Below are positions 24,501 through 38,308 of a stretch of 64,000 nucleotides of DNA, piece after piece. The stretch's first letter is position 1. Each line of letters opens with the position of its first letter. The notes below the pieces were generated by a model. That model had not been told where the DNA came from. It saw only the letters and a program-made list of their open reading frames with translations, and did no database searches. Where the stretch lies: NCBI GenBank assembly GCA_964057225.1, contig OZ059895.1:3596001-3660000 (forward strand), given 5' to 3'. Source of the DNA: Auanema rhodensis (taxonomy: Eukaryota > Animalia > Nematoda). Position numbers and translations under genes: made by a program.

Positions 24501-27500
24501 CCTTAAATAATGAACTGACCGACTAATCAGACATGGATCTTTCCTAGTTCTGTTGCTTGAATGGATGTTTTCCTACGTAGGCTAGTAAAACATGCCCTTC
24601 AAAGCATCAGAACATGTGACCACATTCCAATTTTTTTGTATCTATCTTGTAAAGATAGTAATAAACTTTGATTTTTGTACACCCATAAATTATACGCAGC
24701 ACAGGTTACCCTTAAATAATGAAATGACCGACTAATCAGACATGGATCTTTCCAAGTTCTGTTGCTTGAACGGATGTTTTCCTACGTAGGCTAGTAAAAC
24801 ATGCCCTTCAAAGCATCAGAACATGTGATCACATTCCAATTTTTTTGTATCTATCTTGTAAAGATAGTAATATATCATATGTTGAACACTATGTTGGAAA
24901 GATTTTAATTCAGATTTTCTAACTTTTAATCAGTTTGTTTTTTAAACTTTGATTAAGAACTTTGATTTTTGTACACCCATAAATTATACGCAGCACAGGT
25001 TACCCTTAAATAATGAACTGACCGACTAATCAGACATGGATCTTTCCTAGTTCTGTTGCTTGAATGGATGTTTTCCTACGTAGGCTAGTAAAACATGCCC
25101 TTCAAAGCATCAGAACATGTGATCACATTCCAATTTTTTTGTATCTATCTTGTAAAGATAGTAATATATCATATGTTGAACACTATGTTGGAAAGATTTT
25201 AATTCAGATTTTCTAACTTTTAATCAGTTTGTTTTTTAAACTTTGATTAAGAACTTTGATTTTTGTACACCCATAAATTATACGCAGCACAGGTTACCCT
25301 TAAATAATGAACTGACCGACTAATCAGACATGGATCTTTCCTAGTTCTGTTGCTTGAATGGATGTTTTCCTACGTAGGCTAGTAAAACATGCCATTCAAA
25401 GCATCAGAACATGTGATCAGATTCCAATTTTTTTGTATCTATCTTGTAAAGATAGTAATAAACTTTGATTTTTGTACACCCATAAATTATACGCAGCACA
25501 GGTTACCCTTAAATAATGAACTGACCGACTAATCAGACATGGATCTTTCCAAGTTCTGTTGCTTGAACGGATGTTTTCCTACGTAGGCTAGTAAAACATG
25601 CCCTTCAAAGCATCAGAACATGTGACCACATTCCTATTTTTTTGTATCTATCTTGTAAAGATAGTAATATATCATATGTTGAACACTATGTTGGAAAGAT
25701 TTTAATTCAGATTTTTTCAACTTTCACTCAGTTTGTTTTCTAAACTTTGATTAAGAACCTTGTTGTTTGTACACCCATAAAATATACGCAGCACAGGTTA
25801 CCCTTAAATAATGAACTGACCGTCTAATCAGACATGGATCTTCCCAAGTTCTGTTGCTTTAACGGATGTTTTCCTACGTAGGCTAGTAAAACATGCCCTT
25901 CAAAGCATCAGAACATGTGATCAGATTCCAATTTTTTTGTATCTATCTTGTAAAGATAGTAATATATCATATGTTGAACACTATGTTGGAAAGATTTTAA
26001 TTCAGATTTTTTCAACTTTCACTCAGTTTGTTTTCTAAACTTTGATTAAGAACCTTGTTGTTTGTACACCCATAAAATATACGCAGCACAGGTTACCCTT
26101 AAATAATGAACTGACCGTCTAATCAGACATGGATCTTACCAAGTTCTGTTGCTTGAATGGATGTTTTCCTACGTAGGCTAGTAAAACATGCCCTTCAAAG
26201 CATCAGAACATGTGATCACATTCCAATTTTTTTGTATCTATCTTGTAAAGATAGTAATATATCATATGTTGAACACTATGTTGGAAAGATTTTAATTCAG
26301 ATTTTTTCAACTTTCACTCAGTTTGTTTTCTAAACTTTGATTAAGAACCTTGTTGTTTGTACACCCATAAAATATACGCAGCACAGGTTACCCTTAAATA
26401 ATGAACTGACCGACTAATCAGACATGGATCTTTCCTAGTTCTGTTGCTTGAATGGATGTTTTCCTACGTAGGCTAGTAAAACATGCCCTTCAAAGCATCA
26501 GAACATGTGACCACATTCCAATTTTTTTGTATCTATCTTGTAAAGATAGTAATAAACTTTGATTTTTGTACACCCATAACTTATACGCAGCACAGGTTAC
26601 CCTTAAATAATGAAATGACCGACTAATCAGACATGGATCTTTCCAAGTTCTGTTGCTTGAACGGATGTTTTCCTACGTAGGCTAGTAAAACATGCCCTTC
26701 AAAACATCAGAACATGTGACCACATTCCAATTTTTTTGTATCTATCTTGTAAAGATAGTAATATATCATATGTTGAACACTATGTTGGAAAGATTTTAAT
26801 TCAGATTGTTTCAACTTTCACTCAGTTTGTTTTCTAAACTTTGATTAAGAACCTTGTTGTTTGTACACCCATAAAATATACGCAGCACAGGTTACCCTTA
26901 AATAATGAACTGACCGACTAATCAGACATGGATCTTTCCTAGTTCTGTTGCTTGAATGGATGTTTTCCTACGTAGGCTAGTAAAACATGCCCTTCAAAGC
27001 ATCAGAACATGTGACCACATTCCAATTTTTTTGTATCTATCTTGTAAAGATAGTAATAAACTTTGATTTTTGTACACCCATAACTTATACGCAGCACAGG
27101 TTACCCTTAAATAATGAAATGACCGACTAATCAGACATGGATCTTTCCAAGTTCTGTTGCTTGAACGGATGTTTTCCTACGTAGGCTAGTAAAACATGCC
27201 CTTCAAAACATCAGAACATGTGACCACATTCCAATTTTTTTGTATCTATCTTGTAAAGATAGTAATATATCATATGTTGAACACTATGTTGGAAAGATTT
27301 TAATTCAGATTTTTTCAACTTTCACTCAGTTTGTTTTCTAAACTTTGATTAAGAACCTTGTTGTTTGTACACCCATAAAATATACGCAGCACAGGTTACC
27401 CTTAAATAATGAACTGACCGTCTAATCAGACATGGATCTTCCCAAGTTCTGTTGCTTGAACGGATGTTTTCCTACGTAGGCTAGTAAAACATGCCATTCA

Positions 27501-30500
27501 AAGCATCAGAACATGTGATCACATTCCAATTTTTTTGTATCTATCTTGTAAAGATAGTAATGAACTTTGATTTTTGTACACCCATAAATTATACGCAGCA
27601 CAGGTTACCCTTAAATAATGAACTGACCGTCTAATCAGACATGGATCTTCCCAAGTTCTGTTGCTTGAATGGATGTTTTCCTACGTAGGCTAGTAAAACA
27701 TGCCCTTCAAAGCATCAGAACATGTGATCACATTCCAATTTTTTTGTATCTATCTTGTAAAGATAGTAATATATCATATGTTGAACACTATGTTGGAAAG
27801 ATTTTAATTCAGATTGTTTCAACTTTCACTCAGTTTGTTTTCTAAACTTTGATTAAGAACCTTGTTGTTTGTACACCCATAAAATATACGCAGCACAGGT
27901 TACCCTTAAATAATGAACTGACCGTCTAATCAGACATGGATCTTCCCAAGTTCTGTTGCTTGAATGGATGTTTTCCTACGTAGGCTAGTAAAACATGCCC
28001 TTCAAAGCATCAGAACATGTGATCACATTCCAATTTTTTTGTATCTATCTTGTAAAGATAGTAATAAACTTTGATTTTTGTACACTTATAAATTATACGC
28101 AGCACAGGTTACCCTTAAATAATGAACTGACCGACTAATCAGACATGGATCTTTCCAAGTTCTGTTGCTTGAACGGATGTTTTCCTACGTAGGCTAGTAA
28201 AACATGCCCTTCAAAGCATCAGAACATGTGATCACATTCCAATTTTTTTGTATCTATCTTGTAAAGATAGTAATAAACTTTGATTTTTGTACACCCATAA
28301 ATTATACGCAGCACAGGTTACCCTTAAATAATGAACTGACCGACTAATCAGACATGGATCTTTCCAAGTTCTGTTGCTTGAACGGATGTTTTCCTACGTA
28401 GGCTAGTAAAACATGCCCTTCAAAGCATCAGAACATGTGACCACATTCCAATTTTTTTGTATCTATCTTGTAAAGATAGTAATATATCATATGTTGAACA
28501 CTATGTTGGAAAGATTTTAATTCAGATTTTTTCAACTTTCACTCAGTTTGTTTTCTAAACTTTGATTAAGAACCTTGTTGTTTGTACACCCATAAAATAT
28601 ACGCAGCACAGGTTACCCTTAAATAATGAACTGACCGTCTAATCAGACATGGATCTTCCCAAGTTCTGTTGCTTGAACGGATGTTTTCCTACGTAGGCTA
28701 GTAAAACATGCCCTTCAAAGCATCAGAACATGTGATCAGATTCCAATTTTTTTGTATCTATCTTGTAAAGATAGTAATATATCATATGTTGAACACTATG
28801 TTGGAAAGATTTTAATTCAGATTTTTTCAACTTTCACTCAGTTTGTTTTCTAAACTTTGATTAAGAACCTTGTTGTTTGTACACCCATAAAATATACGCA
28901 GCACAGGTTACCCTTAAATAATGAACTGACCGTCTAATCAGACATGGATCTTACCAAGTTCTGTTGCTTGAATGGATGTTTTCCTACGTAGGCTAGTAAA
29001 ACATGCCCTTCAAAGCATCAGAACATGTGATCACATTCCAATTTTTTTGTATCTATCTTGTAAAGATAGTAATATATCATATGTTGAACACTATGTTGGA
29101 AAGATTTTAATTCAGAATTTGTAACTTTTATTCAGTTTGTTTTTTAAACTTTGATTAAGAACTTTGATTTTTGTACACCCATAAATTATACGCAGCACAG
29201 GTTACCCTTAAATAATGAACTGACCGACTAATCAGACATGGATCTTTCCTAGTTCTGTTGCTTGAATGGATGTTTTCCTACGTAGGCTAGTAAAACATGC
29301 CCTTCAAAGCATCAGAACATGTGATCACATTCCAATTTTTTTGTATCTATCTTGTAAAGATAGTAATATATCATATGTTGAACACTATGTTGGAAAGATT
29401 TTAATTCAGATTTTTTCAACTTTCACTCAGTTTGTTTTCTAAACTTTGATTAAGAACCTTGTTGTTTGTACACCCATAAAATATACGCAGCACAGGTTAC
29501 CCTTAAATAATGAACTGACCGTCTAATCAGACATGGATCTTCCCAAGTTCTGTTGCTTGAATGGATGTTTTCCTACGTAGGCTAGTAAAACATGCCCTTC
29601 AAAGCATCAGAACATGTGATCACATTCCAATTTTTTTGTATCTATCTTGTAAAGATAGTAATAAACTTTGATTTTTGTACACTTATAAATTATACGCAGC
29701 ACAGGTTACCCTTAAATAATGAACTGACCGACTAATCAGACATGGATCTTTCCAAGTTCTGTTGCTTGAACGGATGTTTTCCTACGTAGGCTAGTAAAAC
29801 ATGCCCTTCAAAGCATCAGAACATGTGATCACATTCCAATTTTTTTGTATCTATCTTGTAAAGATAGTAATATATCATATGTTGAACACTATGTTGGAAA
29901 GATTTTAATTCAGATTTTTTCAACTTTCACTCAGTTTGTTTTCTAAACTTTGATTAAGAACCTTGTTGTTTGTACACCCATAAAATATACGCAGCACAGG
30001 TTACCCTTAAATAATGAACTGACCGTCTAATCAGACATGGATCTTCCCAAGTTCTGTTGCTTGAATGGATGTTTTCCTACGTAGGCTAGTAAAACATGCC
30101 CTTCAAAGCATCAGAACATGTGATCACATTCCAATTTTTTTGTATCTATCTTGTAAAGATAGTAATAAACTTTGATTTTTGTACACCCATAAATTATACG
30201 CAGCACAGGTTACCCTTAAATAATGAACTGACCGACTAATCAGACATGGATCTTTCCAAGTTCTGTTGCTTGAACGGATGTTTTCCTACGTAGGCTAGTA
30301 AAACATGCCCTTCAAAGCATCAGAACATGTGACCACATTCCAATTTTTTTGTATCTATCTTGTAAAGATAGTAATATATCATATGTTGAACACTATGTTG
30401 GAAAGATTTTAATTCAGATTTTTTCAACTTTCACTCAGTTTGTTTTCTAAACTTTGATTAAGAACCTTGTTGTTTGTACACCCATAAAATATACGCAGCA

Positions 30501-33093
30501 CAGGTTACCCTTAAATAATGAACTGACCGACTAATCAGACATGGATCTTTCCTAGTTCTGTTGCTTGAATGGATGTTTTCCTACGTAGGCTAGTAAAACA
30601 TGCCCTTCAAAGCATCAGAACATGTGATCACATTCCAATTTTTTTGTATCTATCTTGTAAAGATAGTAATATATCATATGTTGAACACTATGTTGGAAAG
30701 ATTTTAATTCAGATTTTTTCAACTTTCACTCAGTTTGTTTTCTAAACTTTGATTAAGAACCTTGAGTTTTGTACACCCATAAATTATACGCAGCACAGGT
30801 TACCCTTAAATAATGAACTGACCGACTAATCAGACATGGATCTTCCCAAGTTCTGTTGCTTGAATGGATGTTTTCCTACGTAGGCTAGTAAAACATGCCC
30901 TTCAAAGCATCAGAACATGTGATCACATTCCAATTTTTTTGTATCTATCTTGTAAAGATAGTAATAAACTTTGATTTTTGTACACCCATAAATTATACGC
31001 AGCACAGGTTACCCTTAAATAATGAACTGACCGACTAATCAGACATGGATCTTTCCAAGTTCTGTTGCTTGAACGGATGTTTTCCTACGTAGGCTAGTAA
31101 AACATGCCCTTCAAAGCATCAGAACATGTGACCACATTCCAATTTTTTTGTATTTATCTTGTAAAGATAGTAATATATCATATGTTGAACACTATGTTGG
31201 AAAGATTTTAATTCAGATTTTTTCAACTTTCACTCAGTTTGTTTTCTAAACTTTGATTAAGAACCTTGTTGTTTGTACACCCATAAAATATACGCAGCAC
31301 AGGTTACCCTTAAATAATGAACTGACCGTCTAATCAGACATGGATCTTCCCAAGTTCTGTTGCTTGAATGGATGTTTTCCTACGTAGGCTAGTAAAACAT
31401 GCCCTTCAAAGCATCAGAACATGTGATCACATTCCAATTTTTTTGTATCTATCTTGTAAAGATAGTAATATATCATATGTTGAACACTATGTTGGAAAGA
31501 TTTTAATTCAGATTTTCTAACTTTTATTCAGTTTGTTTTTTAAACTTTGATTAAGAACTTTGATATTTGTACACCCATAAATTATACGCAGCACAGGTTA
31601 CCCTTAAATAATGAACTGACCGACTAATCAGACATGGATCTTTCCTAGTTCTGTTGCTTGAATGGATGTTTTCCTACGTAGGCTAGTAAAACATGCCCTT
31701 CAAAGCATCAGAACATGTGATCACATTCCAATTTTTTTGTATCTATCTTGTAAAGATAGTAATAAACTTTGATTTTTGTACACCCATAAATTATACGCAG
31801 CACAGGTTACCCTTAAATAATGAACTGACCGACTAATCAGACATGGATCTTTCCTAGTTCTGTTGCTTGAATGGATGTTTTCCTACGTAGGCTAGTAAAA
31901 CATGCCCTTCAAAGCATCAGAACATGTGATCACATTCCAATTTTTTTGTATCTATTTTGTAAAGATAGTAATATATCATATGTTGAACACTATGTTGGAA
32001 AGATTTTAATTCAGATTTTCTAACTTTTATTCAGTTTGTTTTTTAAACTTTGATTAAGAACTTTGATTTTTGTACACCCATAAATTATACGCAGCACAGG
32101 TTACCCTTAAATAATGAACTGACCGACTAATCAGACATGGATCTTTCCTAGTTCTGTTGCTTGAATGGATGTTTTCCTACGTAGGCTAGTAAAACATGCC
32201 CTTCAAAACATCAGAACATGTGATCACATTCCAATTTTTTTGTATCTGTTTTGTAAAGATAGTAATAAACTTTGATTTTTGTACACCCATAAATTATACG
32301 CAGCACAGGTTACCCTTAAATAATGAACTGACCGACTAATCAGACATGGATCTTTCCTAGTTCTGTTGCTTGAATGGATGTTTTCCTACGTAGGCTAGTA
32401 AAACATGCCCTTCAAAGCATCAGAACATGTGATCACATTCCAATTTTTTTGTATCTATCTTGTAAAGATAGTAATATATCATATGTTGAACACTATGTTG
32501 GAAAGATTTTAATTCAGATTTTTTCAACTTTCACTCAGTTTGTTTTCTAAACTTTGATTAAGAACCTTGAGTTTTGTACACCCATAAATTATACGCAGCA
32601 CAGGTTACCCTTAAATAATGAACTGACCGACTAATCAGACATGGATCTTCCCAAGTTCTGTTGCTTGAATGGATGTTTTCCTACGTAGGCTAGTAAAACA
32701 TGCCCTTCAAAGCATCAGAACATGTGATCACATTCCAATTTTTTTGTATCTATCTTGTAAAGATAGTAATAAACTTTGATTTTTGTACACCCATAAATTA
32801 TACGCAGCACAGGTTACCCTTAAATAATGAACTGACCGACTAATCAGACATGGATCTTTCCAAGTTCTGTTGCTTGAACGGATGTTTTCCTACGTAGGCT
32901 AGTAAAACATGCCCTTCAAAGCATCAGAACATGTGACCACATTCCAATTTTTTTGTATCTATCTTGTAAAGATAGTAATATATCATATGTTGAACACTAT
33001 GTTGGAAAGATTTTAATTCAGATTTTTTCAACTTTCACTCAGTTTGTTTTCTAAACTTTGATTAAGAACCTTGTTGTTTGTACACCCATAAAA

Positions 33094-36000
33094 TATACGC
33101 AGCACAGGTTACCCTTAAATAATGAACTGACCGTCTAATCAGACATGGATCTTCCCAAGTTCTGTTGCTTGAATGGATGTTTTCCTACGTAGGCTAGTAA
33201 AACATGCCCTTCAAAGCATCAGAACATGTGATCACATTCCAATTTTTTTGTATCTATCTTGTAAAGATAGTAATATATCATATGTTGAACACTATGTTGG
33301 AAAGATTTTAATTCAGATTTTCTAACTTTTATTCAGTTTGTTTTTTAAACTTTGATTAAGAACTTTGATATTTGTACACCCATAAATTATACGCAGCACA
33401 GGTTACCCTTAAATAATGAACTGACCGACTAATCAGACATGGATCTTTCCTAGTTCTGTTGCTTGAATGGATGTTTTCCTACGTAGGCTAGTAAAACATG
33501 CCCTTCAAAGCATCAGAACATGTGATCACATTCCAATTTTTTTGTATCTATCTTGTAAAGATAGTAATATATCATATGTTGAACACTATGTTGGAAAGAT
33601 TTTAATTCAGATTTTTTCAACTTTCACTCAGTTTGTTTTCTAAACTTTGATTAAGAACCTTGAGTTTTGTACACCCATAAATTATACGCAGCACAGGTTA
33701 CCCTTAAATAATGAACTGACCGACTAATCAGACATGGATCTTCCCAAGTTCTGTTGCTTGAATGGATGTTTTCCTACGTAGGCTAGTAAAACATGCCCTT
33801 CAAAGCATCAGAACATGTGATCACATTCCAATTTTTTTGTATCTATCTTGTAAAGATAGTAATATATCATATGTTGAACACTATGTTGGAAAGATTTTAA
33901 TTCAGATTTTTTCAACTTTCACTCAGTTTGTTTTCTAAACTTTGATTAAGAACCTTGAGTTTTGTACACCCATAAATTATACGCAGCACAGGTTACCCTT
34001 AAATAATGAACTGACCGACTAATCAGACATGGATCTTCCCAAGTTCTGTTGCTTGAATGGATGTTTTCCTACGTAGGCTAGTAAAACATGCCCTTCAAAG
34101 CATCAGAACATGTGATCACATTCCAATTTTTTTGTATCTATCTTGTAAAGATAGTAATAAACTTTGATTTTTGTACACCCATAAATTATACGCAGCACAG
34201 GTTACCCTTAAATAATGAACTGACCGACTAATCAGACATGGATCTTTCCAAGTTCTGTTGCTTGAACGGATGTTTTCCTACGTAGGCTAGTAAAACATGC
34301 CCTTCAAAGCATCAGAACATGTGACCACATTCCAATTTTTTTGTATTTATCTTGTAAAGATAGTAATATATCATATGTTGAACACTATGTTGGAAAGATT
34401 TTAATTCAGATTTTTTCAACTTTCACTCAGTTTGTTTTCTAAACTTTGATTAAGAACCTTGTTGTTTGTACACCCATAAAATATACGCAGCACAGGTTAC
34501 CCTTAAATAATGAACTGACCGTCTAATCAGACATGGATCTTCCCAAGTTCTGTTGCTTGAATGGATGTTTTCCTACGTAGGCTAGTAAAACATGCCCTTC
34601 AAAGCATCAGAACATGTGATCACATTCCAATTTTGTATCTATCTTGTAAAGATAGTAATATATCATATGTTGAACACTATGTTGGAAAGATTTTAATTCA
34701 GATTTTCTAACTTTTATTCAGTTTGTTTTTTAAACTTTGATTAAGAACTTTGATATTTGTACACCCATAAATTATACGCAGCACAGGTTACCCTTAAATA
34801 ATGAACTGACCGACTAATCAGACATGGATCTTTCCTAGTTCTGTTGCTTGAATGGATGTTTTCCTACGTAGGCTAGTAAAACATGCCCTTCAAAGCATCA
34901 GAACATGTGATCACATTCCAATTTTTTTGTATCTATCTTGTAAAGATAGTAATAAACTTTGATTTTTGTACACCCATAAATTATACGCAGCACAGGTTAC
35001 CCTTAAATAATGAACTGACCGACTAATCAGACATGGATCTTTCCTAGTTCTGTTGCTTGAATGGATGTTTTCCTACGTAGGCTAGTAAAACATGCCCTTC
35101 AAAGCATCAGAACATGTGATCACATTCCAATTTTTTTGTATCTATTTTGTAAAGATAGTAATATATCATATGTTGAACACTATGTTGGAAAGATTTTAAT
35201 TCAGATTTTCTAACTTTTATTCAGTTTGTTTTTTAAACTTTGATTAAGAACTTTGATTTTTGTACACCCATAAATTATACGCAGCACAGGTTACCCTTAA
35301 ATAATGAACTGACCGACTAATCAGACATGGATCTTTCCTAGTTCTGTTGCTTGAATGGATGTTTTCCTACGTAGGCTAGTAAAACATGCGCTTCAAAACA
35401 TCAGAACATGTGATCACATTCCAATTTTTTTGTATCTGTTTTGTAAAGATAGTAATAAACTTTGATTTTTGTACACCCATAAATTATACGCAGCACAGGT
35501 TACCCTTAAATAATGAACTGACCGACTAATCAGACATGGATCTTTCCTAGTTCTGTTGCTTGAATGGATGTTTTCCTACGTAGGCTAGTAAAACATGCCC
35601 TTCAAAGCATCAGAACATGTGACCACATTCCAATTTTTTTGTATCTATCTTGTAAAGATAGTAATATATCATATGTTGAACACTATGTTGGAAAGATTTT
35701 AATTCAGATTTTTTCAACTTTCACTCAGTTTGTTTTCTAAACTTTGATTAAGAACCTTGTTGTTTGTACACCCATAAATTATACGCAGCACAGGTTACCC
35801 TTAAATAATGAACTGACCGTCTAATCAGACATGGATCTTCCCAAGTTCTGTTGCTTGAATGGATGTTTTCCTACGTAGGCTAGTAAAACATGCCCTTCAA
35901 AGCATCAGAACATGTGATCACATTCCAATTTTTTTGTATCTATCTTGTAAAGATAGTAATATATCATATGTTGAACACTATGTTGGAAAGATTTTAATTC

Positions 36001-38308
36001 AGATTTTCTAACTTTTATTCAGTTTGTTTTTTAAACTTTGATTAAGAACTTTGATATTTGTACACCCATAAATTATACGCAGCACAGGTTACCCTTAAAT
36101 AATGAACTGACCGACTAATCAGACATGGATCTTTCCTAGTTCTGTTGCTTGAATGGATGTTTTCCTACGTAGGCTAGTAAAACATGCCCTTCAAAGCATC
36201 AGAACATGTGATCACATTCCAATTTTTTTGTATCTATCTTGTAAAGATAGTAATATATCATATGTTGAACACTATGTTGGAAAGATTTTAATTCAGATTT
36301 TTTCAACTTTCACTCAGTTTGTTTTCTAAACTTTGATTAAGAACCTTGAGTTTTGTACACCCATAAATTATACGCAGCACAGGTTACCCTTAAATAATGA
36401 ACTGACCGACTAATCAGACATGGATCTTCCCAAGTTCTGTTGCTTGAATGGATGTTTTCCTACGTAGGCTAGTAAAACATGCCCTTCAAAGCATCAGAAC
36501 ATGTGATCACATTCCAATTTTTTTGTATCTATCTTGTAAAGATAGTAATATATCATATGTTGAACACTATGTTGGAAAGATTTTAATTCAGATTTTTTCA
36601 ACTTTCACTCAGTTTGTTTTCTAAACTTTGATTAAGAACCTTGAGTTTTGTACACCCATAAATTATACGCAGCACAGGTTACCCTTAAATAATGAACTGA
36701 CCGACTAATCAGACATGGATCTTCCCAAGTTCTGTTGCTTGAATGGATGTTTTCCTACGTAGGCTAGTAAAACATGCCCTTCAAAGCATCAGAACATGTG
36801 ATCACATTCCAATTTTTTTGTATCTATCTTGTAAAGATAGTAATAAACTTTGATTTTTGTACACCCATAAATTATACGCAGCACAGGTTACCCTTAAATA
36901 ATGAACTGACCGACTAATCAGACATGGATCTTTCCAAGTTCTGTTGCTTGAACGGATGTTTTCCTACGTAGGCTAGTAAAACATGCCCTTCAAAGCATCA
37001 GAACATGTGACCACATTCCAATTTTTTTGTATTTATCTTGTAAAGATAGTAATATATCATATGTTGAACACTATGTTGGAAAGATTTTAATTCAGATTTT
37101 TTCAACTTTCACTCAGTTTGTTTTCTAAACTTTGATTAAGAACCTTGTTGTTTGTACACCCATAAAATATACGCAGCACAGGTTACCCTTAAATAATGAA
37201 CTGACCGTCTAATCAGACATGGATCTTCCCAAGTTCTGTTGCTTGAATGGATGTTTTCCTACGTAGGCTAGTAAAACATGCCCTTCAAAGCATCAGAACA
37301 TGTGATCACATTCCAATTTTGTATCTATCTTGTAAAGATAGTAATATATCATATGTTGAACACTATGTTGGAAAGATTTTAATTCAGATTTTCTAACTTT
37401 TATTCAGTTTGTTTTTTAAACTTTGATTAAGAACTTTGATATTTGTACACCCATAAATTATACGCAGCACAGGTTACCCTTAAATAATGAACTGACCGAC
37501 TAATCAGACATGGATCTTTCCTAGTTCTGTTGCTTGAATGGATGTTTTCCTACGTAGGCTAGTAAAACATGCCCTTCAAAGCATCAGAACATGTGATCAC
37601 ATTCCAATTTTTTTGTATCTATCTTGTAAAGATAGTAATAAACTTTGATTTTTGTACACCCATAAATTATACGCAGCACAGGTTACCCTTAAATAATGAA
37701 CTGACCGACTAATCAGACATGGATCTTTCCTAGTTCTGTTGCTTGAATGGATGTTTTCCTACGTAGGCTAGTAAAACATGCCCTTCAAAGCATCAGAACA
37801 TGTGATCACATTCCAATTTTTTTGTATCTATTTTGTAAAGATAGTAATATATCATATGTTGAACACTATGTTGGAAAGATTTTAATTCAGATTTTCTAAC
37901 TTTTATTCAGTTTGTTTTTTAAACTTTGATTAAGAACTTTGATTTTTGTACACCCATAAATTATACGCAGCACAGGTTACCCTTAAATAATGAACTGACC
38001 GACTAATCAGACATGGATCTTTCCTAGTTCTGTTGCTTGAATGGATGTTTTCCTACGTAGGCTAGTAAAACATGCGCTTCAAAACATCAGAACATGTGAT
38101 CACATTCCAATTTTTTTGTATCTGTTTTGTAAAGATAGTAATAAACTTTGATTTTTGTACACCCATAAATTATACGCAGCACAGGTTACCCTTAAATAAT
38201 GAACTGACCGACTAATCAGACATGGATCTTTCCTAGTTCTGTTGCTTGAATGGATGTTTTCCTACGTAGGCTAGTAAAACATGCCCTTCAAAGCATCAGA
38301 ACATGTGA
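33094..38308 (+). repeat. 2686-bp tandem duplication (10-monomer unit)
   Basis: The T4 tract (g at 34635/37321), gtattta (34343/37029) and catgcGc (35390/38076) all recur at +2686. Confidence 0.88.
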
